64,000 nucleotides of DNA, from positions 8,965-72,964 of IMG/VR virus record IMGVR_UViG_3300020450_000017. The stretch is one strand, 5' to 3'. This DNA is from a virus. A program made the translations under genes and the position numbers. Each line of letters opens with the position of its first letter. Position 1 is the first letter of the stretch. Shown here one piece after another: positions 1-9,929 of the stretch. A model generated the notes under the pieces. The model searched no databases. It was not told the origin of the DNA and was given only the letters and a program-made list of their open reading frames with translations.

Positions 1-65
1 GCAATAATATAGGAACAAATACAGGTACTGGTACATATTTACCCGGTTCATTTTTAGGAGATTAA
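1..65 (+). CDS. 3' end of upstream gene (partial, probably structural)
   Basis: Open frame from nt 3 (NNIGTNTGTGTYLPGSFLGD) ending TAA at 63-65, just before the next ATG. Confidence 0.55.
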   Translation, partial: NNIGTNTGTGTYLPGSFLGD

Positions 66-69
66 TAAT

Positions 70-378
70 ATGAATAGATATAATAATTTAAATATTAAAA
101 AAACATTTCAGGGTAAAAAATATTTTAATAATCCCATTTATCCTAATATACCTGAAAGTTTAGACGATATATATGTTGAAACTGAGTTTGGGGATAGAAC
201 AGATATTTTAGCACATCAGTTTTATAATGATCCCTCTTTATGGTGGGTAATAACAATAGCTAATCCTAATAAATTAAGAAGAGATAGTTATGTATGTAAA
301 GAAGGATTACAAATAAGAATACCCTTAAACCCTGAACCTATAATAAGAGCTTATAATAGACTTAATTCTAATAGATGA
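70..378 (+). CDS. Baseplate wedge protein, LysM/gp53-like
   Basis: GDRTDILAHQFYNDPSLWWVITIANP...GLQIRIP resembles phage baseplate LysM-like proteins. Confidence 0.75.
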   Translation: MNRYNNLNIKKTFQGKKYFNNPIYPNIPESLDDIYVETEFGDRTDILAHQFYNDPSLWWVITIANPNKLRRDSYVCKEGLQIRIPLNPEPIIRAYNRLNSNR

Positions 379-3300
379 GTATTTTTAAAGAAACATTTAG
401 AGGGTTTGTTAAAAATCAACTTGGTGTTAGAAGACAAATACAAGCCCAATCCGTTAAAGATAATAACGCTTTAGTATGGCAACAGACTAAACAATGTGTT
501 ATAAGGGCTACTTCTTTAGTTGATTATAACCAAGATATAAACATTAGTTTAAATGAAGGATTTGAATCTTTAAATGGTTCACAATTATCTAAAAGATTTG
601 TTTTACAAGGAGGTATAGGATTTAAAGGAGGTATTAATGGTGCATATGGAGATCCATTATTAGCTTCCGAAGGAGATAATATTGAAGGCTATGGACAAGT
701 TCCAATGCCTGGAATTACATCTTTAGACATTGAAACTAAAACAGCATACGGTTCTTTACGTTCAGCTAAACTTAGTTTTGTAGTCCATAGTTTACGCCAA
801 TTAGAAATTATGGAGTTATTATACCTACGTCCTGGTTACCCTTTAGTAATAGAGTGGGGATGGAGTCCTTATATAGATAATAGTAATTCTATAATTAGTA
901 ATCTTCCAACAATAGCTGAAATCTTAGAAACTGATGGTGTTGATTTATTTTCAAAAAATATTACCCAAAATGATCTCTATAAAGCTATAAATCAATTAAG
1001 AATAGACTCTAATGGTAATGCTGATGGATTTTTAGGGTTTATAAATAATTTTGGTTTTAAAGCTCGCCCAGATGGGGGTTTTGATTGTTATTGTGAAATA
1101 TCTTCTATGGGGGAATCTTTAGATAGTTTAAAAATAATTCCTTTTAAAATCCCTGGTCCTGAAAACCTCCCAGTAGAGTTTGTTGTAGAAGAAACAGATG
1201 AAGAAATTAAAAAACCTGATGCTGTAAAAGCTATAATATTACTTTTATTAAAATACGCTGAAAAACTAGATACGGACTCGGTAAGTAAACCAGGTTTTTG
1301 GAATGATGTAGATAATTCTAGTGACGTAACTGAGGCCGTTATAAATGACATAAAACAAAACTTTCCGTTACTACAAAAATTTACATCTCCACTAGAAAAA
1401 CAATTAGCATTAGATAATTTTATTTTACGTAAAGATCAAGAAATCCAATCTGCTGCTTTTAATAGCTTTATTAATACCTCTTATATAAGATGGGATTTAT
1501 TTGCATGGCTTTTATCTGAATATGCTATACCTAAGAACGAAAAGGGAGAAGTTACAGTAGAAGTTAATACTGTAAGATTTATACCTGATGGAAATAATCC
1601 CCCTAAAGTAGACCCTTTATATTATGTTCAATTTAATAATTCAGATAATAAAACCCAATTAGATATAAGCTGTGACCCAGCTATATGTTTATTACCTCAT
1701 ATGTTTGCAGATGAATCTTTAGGAGATACTTTATCATCTGAGACCGGTTGGGGAAGATTTTGGGAAGGGGCTTGGGACTTAGTTGAAGGAAGTAACGCTT
1801 ATCTAGCTAGGGGTTTTAGAACAGCATTTACAGGCGGTCCTACAAGCACTGTTGCTTTTGATAGTAATGGGGAACAAAACCAAAATTTTATAGGAGGTAT
1901 CTTTTTGAATATAAGAAATTTGATGAAAGCATATGATGCTACTATTAGAGACCAAGAAGATCCGGATTTAGGCAGTTTTATAAAAAAAGTATGGGATGAT
2001 GTAAATATAGCTTGTCCTATGCATAATTTTATTTTTAAAGTAGATAATGATTTCCCTAACCAAGCATATATTATAGATTTACCAGTTGATCACCAAGATG
2101 TAGCTAATATAGAAGAAATTTTTGAAGTGCCAGTACAGGCAAAAGATAGTATAGTTAGAGACTATAATTTAGAAGCTAAAATACCAGACGCTTTAAAGTC
2201 TACTATAGCTATTCATGCTCAGGATCCTGGTGATCCCCAAGATATAGAAGATGTAACCTTTAATGCTTTTAATAGAGCTATAAAAAATAGGTTATTTTAT
2301 GGAGATTCTAATGACCCCAGTGTTAGAACTACTTTTGAAAGCCCTTTAGCTAAATTAAAAAGGGATAGACAAGAAAGTATGGTAGCTTTTAATAAATTAA
2401 AAAGAACATATTTTGAAACCATTAATGGGGCAGAAAATAGTAATATTGAAGATTCTACATCTCAAATAGATGATTTAAAAACTGCTTTAAAAAAAGCTCA
2501 AACTAACGTTATGCAAGAGTATAACTTAGAAACTAAAGAAACTAATGCATCATCAGTAATTCCTTTAGAATTTAGTATGACTTTAGATGGTATTTCTGGC
2601 ATAGTAATAGGTAATGTATTTAAAATTGATACTACTAGATTACCTAGAGCATATAGAGGTAATGTAGAAGGTGGTGCTAATATAGGATTTGTAGTATTTG
2701 GAGAAAGTCAAAAAATAAACGCAGGACAAGACTGGACAACTGATATTAATGGCAAAATGATTATATTACCTGGTGAAAATTATGGAATTGAAAAACCAGA
2801 TTCTAATAATTTTGATGAAAGCGAACCTATATATTTTGATGAAGATTTAAGAGGTAATGAGGATTTTGAAATCAGCGATGAACAAACACTTATAGATCCC
2901 GGTTTAGATAGTGTATCTGTAGGAGACCAAATTTACGTTAAAATAAATGGAGTATTTGATAGTGATGGTAATATTATATTTAATGACTCTAATGGAAATC
3001 CACAAGGGTATACTTATATTAGAGAAGAACCTCGCGTAGATAATGATACTGGTTTCTTTGATTTAGATGATAATATTATAGGTGCTATAAAACCTGGTAA
3101 TAAAGGTTTATTATTAGGAACTGTAACTGAAATTGCTAATCAAGGGGTTACTGGAGTTTTAGGAGAAAGAGAAGTAATTTGGTATAAGTTTAACATGGAC
3201 GAAAATACTTTCTCAAGTGGTGAATATGTAGATGAATTTACTAATAAAGGAGCAGGTAAAGGTGATGGAGATTTTATTAGTGATAGCAAAGGAAAACGAC

Positions 3301-3869
3301 AGGGGTGGGTAAGGATAGATGTAGTCCAGACAATACCTGAATCTACACGCTCTACTACTAACCCACCGCCACCACCACCACCAACTAATAGTAATACACC
3401 TAATGCTGATAGACTAAGGGCAGCACTTAATCAATTTGGATACAAAGAAAAGGGAGAAGAACTTTCTAATGGGGGCGATATAACCCCTGAAATGGCAGAT
3501 TATACTATAGCCGTATTTAGAAAAATAAAACGCAAAATGCCCGATTTAAAAATCAGAGCTACTGGAGGTAATGATCAATATCACCAAGGCTTATCTTATC
3601 GTAGCCGACATAAAGATGGAAGGGCAGTTGATTTTACAATTTCCCCTGCAACTGAAACTAATATAAGAAAAGTAGATAAAATATTACGGGGTTTTTCGGC
3701 AGGTGAAAATGATTTAGCACGTTTTATAAATGAATACGATGATCCCACTAAAGCAGCAACCGGAAAACATTTCCACATGTCATGGGGTAAAGGAACTGAA
3801 GCATCATCAACTATAAGGGAATCTATAGCTCAAGCAGATAGAGGTGAAATAGAAGAATATAGAATATAA
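375..3869 (+). CDS. Baseplate hub / tail-associated lysin with C-terminal peptidase M15-like Zn domain
   Basis: N-terminal PMPGITSL..LYLRPGYPLVIEWGWS hub-type motif and IPLEFSMTLDGISGI; poly-Pro linker; C-terminal SRHKDGRAVDF...HFHMSW (H-x6-D, HxH). Confidence 0.65.
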   Translation: MSIFKETFRGFVKNQLGVRRQIQAQSVKDNNALVWQQTKQCVIRATSLVDYNQDINISLNEGFESLNGSQLSKRFVLQGGIGFKGGINGAYGDPLLASEGDNIEGYGQVPMPGITSLDIETKTAYGSLRSAKLSFVVHSLRQLEIMELLYLRPGYPLVIEWGWSPYIDNSNSIISNLPTIAEILETDGVDLFSKNITQNDLYKAINQLRIDSNGNADGFLGFINNFGFKARPDGGFDCYCEISSMGESLDSLKIIPFKIPGPENLPVEFVVEETDEEIKKPDAVKAIILLLLKYAEKLDTDSVSKPGFWNDVDNSSDVTEAVINDIKQNFPLLQKFTSPLEKQLALDNFILRKDQEIQSAAFNSFINTSYIRWDLFAWLLSEYAIPKNEKGEVTVEVNTVRFIPDGNNPPKVDPLYYVQFNNSDNKTQLDISCDPAICLLPHMFADESLGDTLSSETGWGRFWEGAWDLVEGSNAYLARGFRTAFTGGPTSTVAFDSNGEQNQNFIGGIFLNIRNLMKAYDATIRDQEDPDLGSFIKKVWDDVNIACPMHNFIFKVDNDFPNQAYIIDLPVDHQDVANIEEIFEVPVQAKDSIVRDYNLEAKIPDALKSTIAIHAQDPGDPQDIEDVTFNAFNRAIKNRLFYGDSNDPSVRTTFESPLAKLKRDRQESMVAFNKLKRTYFETINGAENSNIEDSTSQIDDLKTALKKAQTNVMQEYNLETKETNASSVIPLEFSMTLDGISGIVIGNVFKIDTTRLPRAYRGNVEGGANIGFVVFGESQKINAGQDWTTDINGKMIILPGENYGIEKPDSNNFDESEPIYFDEDLRGNEDFEISDEQTLIDPGLDSVSVGDQIYVKINGVFDSDGNIIFNDSNGNPQGYTYIREEPRVDNDTGFFDLDDNIIGAIKPGNKGLLLGTVTEIANQGVTGVLGEREVIWYKFNMDENTFSSGEYVDEFTNKGAGKGDGDFISDSKGKRQGWVRIDVVQTIPESTRSTTNPPPPPPPTNSNTPNADRLRAALNQFGYKEKGEELSNGGDITPEMADYTIAVFRKIKRKMPDLKIRATGGNDQYHQGLSYRSRHKDGRAVDFTISPATETNIRKVDKILRGFSAGENDLARFINEYDDPTKAATGKHFHMSWGKGTEASSTIRESIAQADRGEIEEYRI

Positions 3870-4747
3870 TGGCATTTATACCTAAAAATAAAGTTAAATT
3901 TTTATCTACCAAAGGGAAAGAACTATATAACCCTAAAACCCAAAAAGAATACATTGGGGATTATATACAGTATGGAACTAAATTTTTTAAAGGAAATAAC
4001 ATAGCTAATTTAGGTGATGAATTAAAACTTATAGATCAAGTATCTAAAAACTTAGATGCTTCTAAAACAAGTCAAATATACCACGTTTTAAATAAACCTT
4101 ATTATAATAAAGCTAAACAACGAAAGCAACCACCTAATAATAAACCTACACCAACAGAAGAAGATTATACTAAAGGCTATTTTTATAGGTACTTTGCAAA
4201 GAGAAAAAATTCCCCTACTAGCTTATACGAAATTAATAAAACTGTTTATAAAGAATTAATTCAAGGGAAATATAATAATACATTATATTTGCCCGGTAGA
4301 ATCCTATGGTCCTTAGAAGATGAAACAATAAATAATGTTAATATATTAAAAGCCGAAAAAAATTATCCAGGAATAGGATATTTATTTGGTAATATTTTAG
4401 AATATATTTTCTTTGCTAGAGATATGGAAGCAGGAACAGATTCAGGAACTGAAAATCTTATCGCTCAAGAAGGTGAATTAGTATACCTTGATGGTACTCC
4501 TTTTCCCGCGGGAGAAAAATACCATATTCATCCTAATAAAGGACCTATGGAAGGGGGTAAACACATTTCAGAACCCCATTCTCGTTTAAGATACACAAAT
4601 CCAGGATCTTCAATACAACCAACATCTAATGTAACACCTCAATCACCTCAACCTAGTATGAGCACATATTCTCCAACTACACCACAGGTTAATATTAGTT
4701 CATCACCTAATTTAGGAGGAGGAGGTGGAGGAGGTGGCTCTTACTAA
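3869..4747 (+). CDS. Hypothetical baseplate-associated protein
   Basis: PTEEDYTKGYFYRYFAK motif, His-rich YHIHPNKGPMEGGKH segment, low-complexity S/P/G tail. Confidence 0.6.
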   Translation: MAFIPKNKVKFLSTKGKELYNPKTQKEYIGDYIQYGTKFFKGNNIANLGDELKLIDQVSKNLDASKTSQIYHVLNKPYYNKAKQRKQPPNNKPTPTEEDYTKGYFYRYFAKRKNSPTSLYEINKTVYKELIQGKYNNTLYLPGRILWSLEDETINNVNILKAEKNYPGIGYLFGNILEYIFFARDMEAGTDSGTENLIAQEGELVYLDGTPFPAGEKYHIHPNKGPMEGGKHISEPHSRLRYTNPGSSIQPTSNVTPQSPQPSMSTYSPTTPQVNISSSPNLGGGGGGGGSY

Positions 4748-4768
4748 ATTTGTTTGTATATTTAAGGT

Positions 4769-6094
4769 ATGTACTACCTTATAGAAACGCAAGATCAATT
4801 AAAAAGATTTTTTAGTGATGAGGGTAGTGAATGCTACCTACAATTTATTACTAATAATGATAATGTACACCCTAAATTACAATCGTTAAGTGCCCTTTAT
4901 ATCTATTCGTTTAGTAAGGAGAAAGGATTTATTATTAATTTAAACCATCCTGAGGCATTTGAGCTTGAATTACCAATAAGTTATTTAAAATCTTATACAA
5001 ACATATTTGTAAAAGAAAAAATAAAAAGCTTACTATACATCCCTACACTTCCTTATACGGATATACAAAGTATATACTACTTACTAAAAAATGAACCACT
5101 AGAGGGATTACCTAAAACGGGCACTCACACGTTCTATGAGCGCAAATATGGCGCGAATAACGTGAATAAAATCATTCCACTTGCAAAACACTATGAGGCG
5201 TTGGAGGAGGAATTTAATGCGATTTACCCGTATATACTTAATTATAAGAGTGAGGAATCAAATAGGTGGTATAACGAAATATTAACTCCTACATTAGCAA
5301 AAATGGTAAGTGAGGGCTTTAAAACTAATAAGGAGTTTAAAAAACACTTTGACATAAATGAGAAATTTAGCATTAATGAAAATAAGATTTACGGATGGTA
5401 TAATTTTTGCACAACAACAGGACGCCCTACAAACAACTTTAATAGCGTTAATTTCTCAGCTTTAAAACACGATACAGGTGAGCGAGATGGCTTTGAAGCA
5501 GATAATGATTTACTAATTGAAATGGATTTTGAGGGTTACCACCCACGAATTATAGCGCGTTTATCAGGAGGTAAATTAGATAAAAGCGAATCAGTTCATA
5601 TACAAATGGCAAAAATGTATTTTGATACTGAAGAGGTAGATGCTAAAATGTATAAGCAAAGTAAGGAACTAACATTCCAACAAATGTATGGTGGGATAAA
5701 TCGTAAATATCTTAAATACGAATATTTTAATAAAGCACAACAATTTATAAACACATTATGGAGTGAGTTTAACACTAAAGGTTATGTTAAAACTGTAATT
5801 GCGAGACGCAAGCTTTTAAAAAGCAATTATAAAAACATGACACCTCAAAAACTATTTAATTATTATATCCAAGCATTTGAAACGGAGTATAATTTTACAA
5901 TGTTATCTAGATTATTTAAGTTACTTGAGGGTAAAAAAAGTAAGATAATCTTATATGTGTATGACTCTATACTAATAGATTTTGCGGTCGAAGATGGTAA
6001 AGAAACACTTCAATCAATTAGGTCAATAGTTTCGTCTGATTTTCCAATTAAAATTAAAAAAGGATATATATACTCTTCTTTGAAGGACATTTGA
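4769..6094 (+). CDS. Divergent family A DNA polymerase-like protein
   Basis: TTTGRP; motif A EMDFEGYHPRIIARL; motif B KELTFQQMYG; motif C VYDSIL; no recognisable exonuclease acidic motifs. Confidence 0.8.
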   Translation: MYYLIETQDQLKRFFSDEGSECYLQFITNNDNVHPKLQSLSALYIYSFSKEKGFIINLNHPEAFELELPISYLKSYTNIFVKEKIKSLLYIPTLPYTDIQSIYYLLKNEPLEGLPKTGTHTFYERKYGANNVNKIIPLAKHYEALEEEFNAIYPYILNYKSEESNRWYNEILTPTLAKMVSEGFKTNKEFKKHFDINEKFSINENKIYGWYNFCTTTGRPTNNFNSVNFSALKHDTGERDGFEADNDLLIEMDFEGYHPRIIARLSGGKLDKSESVHIQMAKMYFDTEEVDAKMYKQSKELTFQQMYGGINRKYLKYEYFNKAQQFINTLWSEFNTKGYVKTVIARRKLLKSNYKNMTPQKLFNYYIQAFETEYNFTMLSRLFKLLEGKKSKIILYVYDSILIDFAVEDGKETLQSIRSIVSSDFPIKIKKGYIYSSLKDI

Positions 6095-6101
6095 TATTTA
6101 T
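6094..6101 (+). promoter_or_regulatory. ATATTTAT motif, putative late promoter (also 47818, 51831, 52268, 53039, 53363, 53925; variant GTATTTAT at 12289)
   Basis: Recurs mostly in short intergenic gaps, 10-80 nt upstream of start codons. Confidence 0.55.
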
Positions 6102-6127
6102 TACAGAATAACACAATATATACTCAA

Positions 6128-6517
6128 ATGAACAATAAACTTTATTGCACCTTTCTGCAAGATGAAGGGGTAAATGAAGTTGTAGAAAGAATTTTAGAGG
6201 AGCACGATATATTATTTAATAAGATTTTTGTTCTAGTTGCATTAGATGACAATAAAACAATGTTAACCTATAATATAGACGGACCAGTCTACAACCTACA
6301 ATTGCCAAATACAATTCTTGTACATAGGAAAAAACAAACTAATACATTATACACTATAAATGCTTTAAATGAAGTAATAAGATACTTAAATAATGGTGTT
6401 TTAGATACTACGTATCAGGTGGATTGGACACGGTTTCGAAATTGCTTATTATTAACACGTCCTGGTGGATTTAAAAAGGTAAAAACACGTTTAAAAACTA
6501 TAATTGAAGTAGAATGA
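6128..6517 (+). CDS. Hypothetical phage protein
   Basis: 129 aa ORF with VHRKKQTNTLYTINALNEVI, preceded by ATATTTAT. Confidence 0.7.
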   Translation: MNNKLYCTFLQDEGVNEVVERILEEHDILFNKIFVLVALDDNKTMLTYNIDGPVYNLQLPNTILVHRKKQTNTLYTINALNEVIRYLNNGVLDTTYQVDWTRFRNCLLLTRPGGFKKVKTRLKTIIEVE

Positions 6518-7068
6518 AACTAAAAAAATTACTCAACGAAGCTATAGATGATGCAGGGGTAAAAGAATGCCCTACAGCAACACAAGATTTACGTGTTAAT
6601 ACACTTAATCGTGATAGAGCTATTACTACACCCTTTATTATGTATGGTCCCTTAAATGTTGAGGAACCAGGTGATTATTGGGAAAAAATAGCTAAAAAAT
6701 GGGGAACTACAGAAAAAGCAGCATTTAAATCTAGATGTGCTAATTGTGTTGCCTTTGATATTTCTCCACGAATGTTAGATTGTATACCTGGTTCTGTTTC
6801 CGAACCTGTAGAAGAACCCGGGGCTCAAAAAGATATAGAAAAAGCTTTTTCTGATAGACCAGTAGTTGGTGAACTTGTTAAAAAGGGTGTATTAGGTTAC
6901 TGTTGGATGCACCAATTTAAATGCCACTCAGCACGTGCCTGTAATACATGGGCTGCAGGTGGTCCTATAAATAAAGACGAAAATTCGTATGATTGGCAAA
7001 GGCGTAATTTAAAGGCTGCACTAAATCCCGATCCTATACAATCTGAAGAAGAAGTATATGCTGAATAA
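6514..7068 (+). CDS. Cys-rich metal-binding protein with MKLKKLLNE leader
   Basis: CANC...GYC-x12-CNTW pattern. Confidence 0.65.
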   Translation: MKLKKLLNEAIDDAGVKECPTATQDLRVNTLNRDRAITTPFIMYGPLNVEEPGDYWEKIAKKWGTTEKAAFKSRCANCVAFDISPRMLDCIPGSVSEPVEEPGAQKDIEKAFSDRPVVGELVKKGVLGYCWMHQFKCHSARACNTWAAGGPINKDENSYDWQRRNLKAALNPDPIQSEEEVYAE

Positions 7069-7085
7069 TTTAAAGAAAAAAGGTT

Positions 7086-7964
7086 ATGTTATTATTAGAT
7101 ACGGTAGGCAATACTCCCCTACTAAAATTTGAGTTCCCAAATGGTACTCTATGGGGTAAAGCAGAGTTTTTAAACCCAGGAGGATCAGTAAAAGATAGAC
7201 CTGTAGCATGGATACTTAAAGAAGCTATTCGTACTAAAAAACTTAAACCTGGAGATACTATAGTTGAAGCTACCTCGGGTAATATGGGTATTTCATTAGC
7301 AATGTTTAGTGCTAATTTAGGTTTTAAATGTGTTATAGTAATGCCCTCTAATATGAGTAACGAACGTAAAGTTATGTTAAAATCATTTGGTGCTGAGTTA
7401 ATAGAGGTACCTGCTGGTGACTTTGATGCTGCTATCTTACTAAGAAATAAATTAGCCAAAGATAATGGTTGGTTTAATTTTAACCAATTCCATAACCCGC
7501 TCAATATAGAATCACATTGGTATACTACGGGAATGGAGATATGCAGAGATATTCCATTTGGCACTTGTGTAGATGCATTTGTTGCTGGAACAGGAACAGG
7601 AGGGACAATAATGGGTGCGGGTAAATTTATCCAAAACCAGTTTCCTATATGTAAATTAATAGCTTTAGAACCAGCCGAATCACCTGTTATGTCTGGTGGT
7701 GAGCCTGGTTTACATGGTATTCAGGGTATTGGTGATGGTAGTAAGTTTTTAGTTGATTTAAATGATATCAATCGTATTGAAATAGTACCTACTGAAGAAT
7801 CAGTTGAAAAATCTAAATCATTAGCTAAAGACTATGGCTTATTTGTAGGTTTTTCTGCAGCTGCTAATTTTTTAGTTGCAGAAAGGTTAATTGAAGAAGG
7901 GTATGCTAAAAATGTAGTTACTATCCTTTGTGATAGGGGAGAAAGATATTTTAGTTGTTTGTAA
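7086..7964 (+). CDS. cysK: Cysteine synthase (PLP-dependent)
   Basis: VGNTPL, NPGGSVKDR, EATSGNMG, GTGTGGT, HGIQGIG, CDRGERY. Confidence 0.92.
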   Translation: MLLLDTVGNTPLLKFEFPNGTLWGKAEFLNPGGSVKDRPVAWILKEAIRTKKLKPGDTIVEATSGNMGISLAMFSANLGFKCVIVMPSNMSNERKVMLKSFGAELIEVPAGDFDAAILLRNKLAKDNGWFNFNQFHNPLNIESHWYTTGMEICRDIPFGTCVDAFVAGTGTGGTIMGAGKFIQNQFPICKLIALEPAESPVMSGGEPGLHGIQGIGDGSKFLVDLNDINRIEIVPTEESVEKSKSLAKDYGLFVGFSAAANFLVAERLIEEGYAKNVVTILCDRGERYFSCL

Positions 7965-7980
7965 AGGCCCGCTGGTAGAA

Positions 7981-8012
7981 TTTGGATTCCCTGACCTAAG
8001 GTATTATATTTA
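7981..8012 (+). promoter_or_regulatory. Bacteroidota-type promoter (-33 TTTG, -7 TATATTTA)
   Basis: TTTG at 7981-84, 20-nt spacer, TATATTTA at 8005-12, upstream of the SSB gene. Confidence 0.6.
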
Positions 8013-8029
8013 CCCAAAATTAAAAGGTC

Positions 8030-8782
8030 ATGAATCTAGATGAAATTAGAAAGCGCATGGACCGCTTGCAAAATAAGTCCAACGGCAAGTCAAAATCAGA
8101 CTATAAAGCCAACTTTTGGAAACCACCTAGCGGTGAGAAATCAGTTATTCGTATTGTGCCCTATAAGCACAATAAAGAAATACCATTTACTGAATTGTAT
8201 TTCTACTTCGGTATAGACAAACCTAGAATGATGTCACTCTCAAATTTTGATGAGTCTGACCCGATTTTGGAGTTTGCATCACAATTACGTAAGTCTAATG
8301 ACCCAGACAATATGGCATTAGCAAAGAAACTTTATCCTAAAATGCGTACGTTCGCACCTGTAATTGTTAGAGGTGAGGAAGATAAAGGTGTACGTTTTTG
8401 GGAATTTGGTAAGATGGTTTACCAAGAACTCCTTGGAGTTATGATGGATGAAGATTATGGTGACATTACTGACATTGCTCAGGGACGGGATGTTACCGTA
8501 GAAGTTATTCCGGCAGCAGAAACTGGTAAAATGTACGACACAACTACTGTTCGTGTTAAGCCAGTTCAGACCCCACTTTCAGATAGTGCCGAAACAGTTG
8601 AATCATTCCTTGAAAACCAAAAGAATGTTATTGATTTATTCAATAAGTACTCATTTGATGAAATGAAGGAATCACTTCAAAAGTACTTAGCACCAAGTGA
8701 AGAACAGGAAACGGTAGAGGCAACGTCACCTGTAAAAGAAAAAGTTGACCTCGATTCTAAAATAGACGATTTATTCGGTTAA
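8030..8782 (+). CDS. Single-stranded DNA-binding protein (T4 gp32-like)
   Basis: FWKP..VIRIVP, GVRFWEFGK, DITD..GRD, acidic C-terminus DSKIDDLF. Confidence 0.8.
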   Translation: MNLDEIRKRMDRLQNKSNGKSKSDYKANFWKPPSGEKSVIRIVPYKHNKEIPFTELYFYFGIDKPRMMSLSNFDESDPILEFASQLRKSNDPDNMALAKKLYPKMRTFAPVIVRGEEDKGVRFWEFGKMVYQELLGVMMDEDYGDITDIAQGRDVTVEVIPAAETGKMYDTTTVRVKPVQTPLSDSAETVESFLENQKNVIDLFNKYSFDEMKESLQKYLAPSEEQETVEATSPVKEKVDLDSKIDDLFG

Positions 8783-8783
8783 T

Positions 8784-9929
8784 ATGGCTAAAAAATCCAA
8801 CAATAAAGCCCTGGATGGGGGAAGTCTTACTGACGAACTAGCAATTTCGCTAAATAAAAAGTTCAGTAAAGAATATAATAAAGTTGCTTACTTCCTCAAC
8901 GGCGGGGATGAATCACCAACAGATGTTACATCTTGGGTATCTACTGGATGTACACCACTCGACTTGGCGATCTCTAACAGACCAAATGGGGGTTTGCCTG
9001 TTAGTAAAATTGTTGAGATTACGGGCCTAGAGCAAAGCGGTAAATCCCTCCTAGCAGCTCACGTAATTGCTTCTACACAAAAGCAAGACGGTGTGGCAAT
9101 ATACATTGATACTGAATCAGCACTAGATGCACAGTTCTTAACCGCCATAGGAGTTGATGTTGATAAAATGCTTTACATCCCACTTGATACAATTGAGGAT
9201 GTTTTTGAAGCAATGGAAGACATCATCGTAAAAATTCGCGAAAAGAACAAAGATAAACTAGTGACTATTGTAGTAGACTCTGTAGCCGCCGCAACCACGA
9301 AAATTGAGTCTGCAGCCGACTACGACAAAGATGGTTATGCTACTGCTAAAGCAATCATCATGTCTAAATCAATGCGCAAAATTACTAATTTAATAGGTAA
9401 GCAAAAGATCCTGTGTGTATTTACTAATCAGTTACGTCAAAAACTAAACGCGATGCCGTTTGGAGATCAATATACAACATCAGGAGGTAAAGCGCTCCAA
9501 TTCCACGCTTCAGTTCGCTTGCGACTCAAAGGAGTAGGCAAGATTAAAGAGAAAGTTAATGGTGTGGATGAAGTAGTTGGACAGGAAGTTGAATGCGTGG
9601 TTGTTAAAAACCGCCTAGGCCCACCTAACCGAAAAGTTCGTTATAACGTCTTTTACGATTCCGGGATTGATGACATTTATGGTACCTTAAAGTTGCTTAA
9701 AGAATACAAAATTGTTAAGCAAGGGGGAGCATGGTATAAATACACCACAGCAGATGGAGAAACCCATCAGTTCTTAGCTAAAGAATTTGGAGATTTATTA
9801 GAAAGCCACCCCACAGCTAAAGAAGAATTGTATGAAGCCCTTTGTGAGAAATACATTATGAAGTATCGTCACGAAAAGGAGGATGGTCTAGATCGTGACC
9901 CCGAAGAAACCATAACTGAGAATGAGTAA
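8784..9929 (+). CDS. uvsX: RecA/UvsX recombinase
   Basis: GLEQSGKS Walker A, YIDTESALD, VVDSVAA, TSGGKALQFHASVRL, KNRL. Confidence 0.93.
   Translation: MAKKSNNKALDGGSLTDELAISLNKKFSKEYNKVAYFLNGGDESPTDVTSWVSTGCTPLDLAISNRPNGGLPVSKIVEITGLEQSGKSLLAAHVIASTQKQDGVAIYIDTESALDAQFLTAIGVDVDKMLYIPLDTIEDVFEAMEDIIVKIREKNKDKLVTIVVDSVAAATTKIESAADYDKDGYATAKAIIMSKSMRKITNLIGKQKILCVFTNQLRQKLNAMPFGDQYTTSGGKALQFHASVRLRLKGVGKIKEKVNGVDEVVGQEVECVVVKNRLGPPNRKVRYNVFYDSGIDDIYGTLKLLKEYKIVKQGGAWYKYTTADGETHQFLAKEFGDLLESHPTAKEELYEALCEKYIMKYRHEKEDGLDRDPEETITENE

Noticed and set aside
3362-4740. CCA/CCG and GGA/GGT triplet runs (3362-3384, 4714-4738)
   Set aside because: They simply encode poly-Pro and poly-Gly linkers
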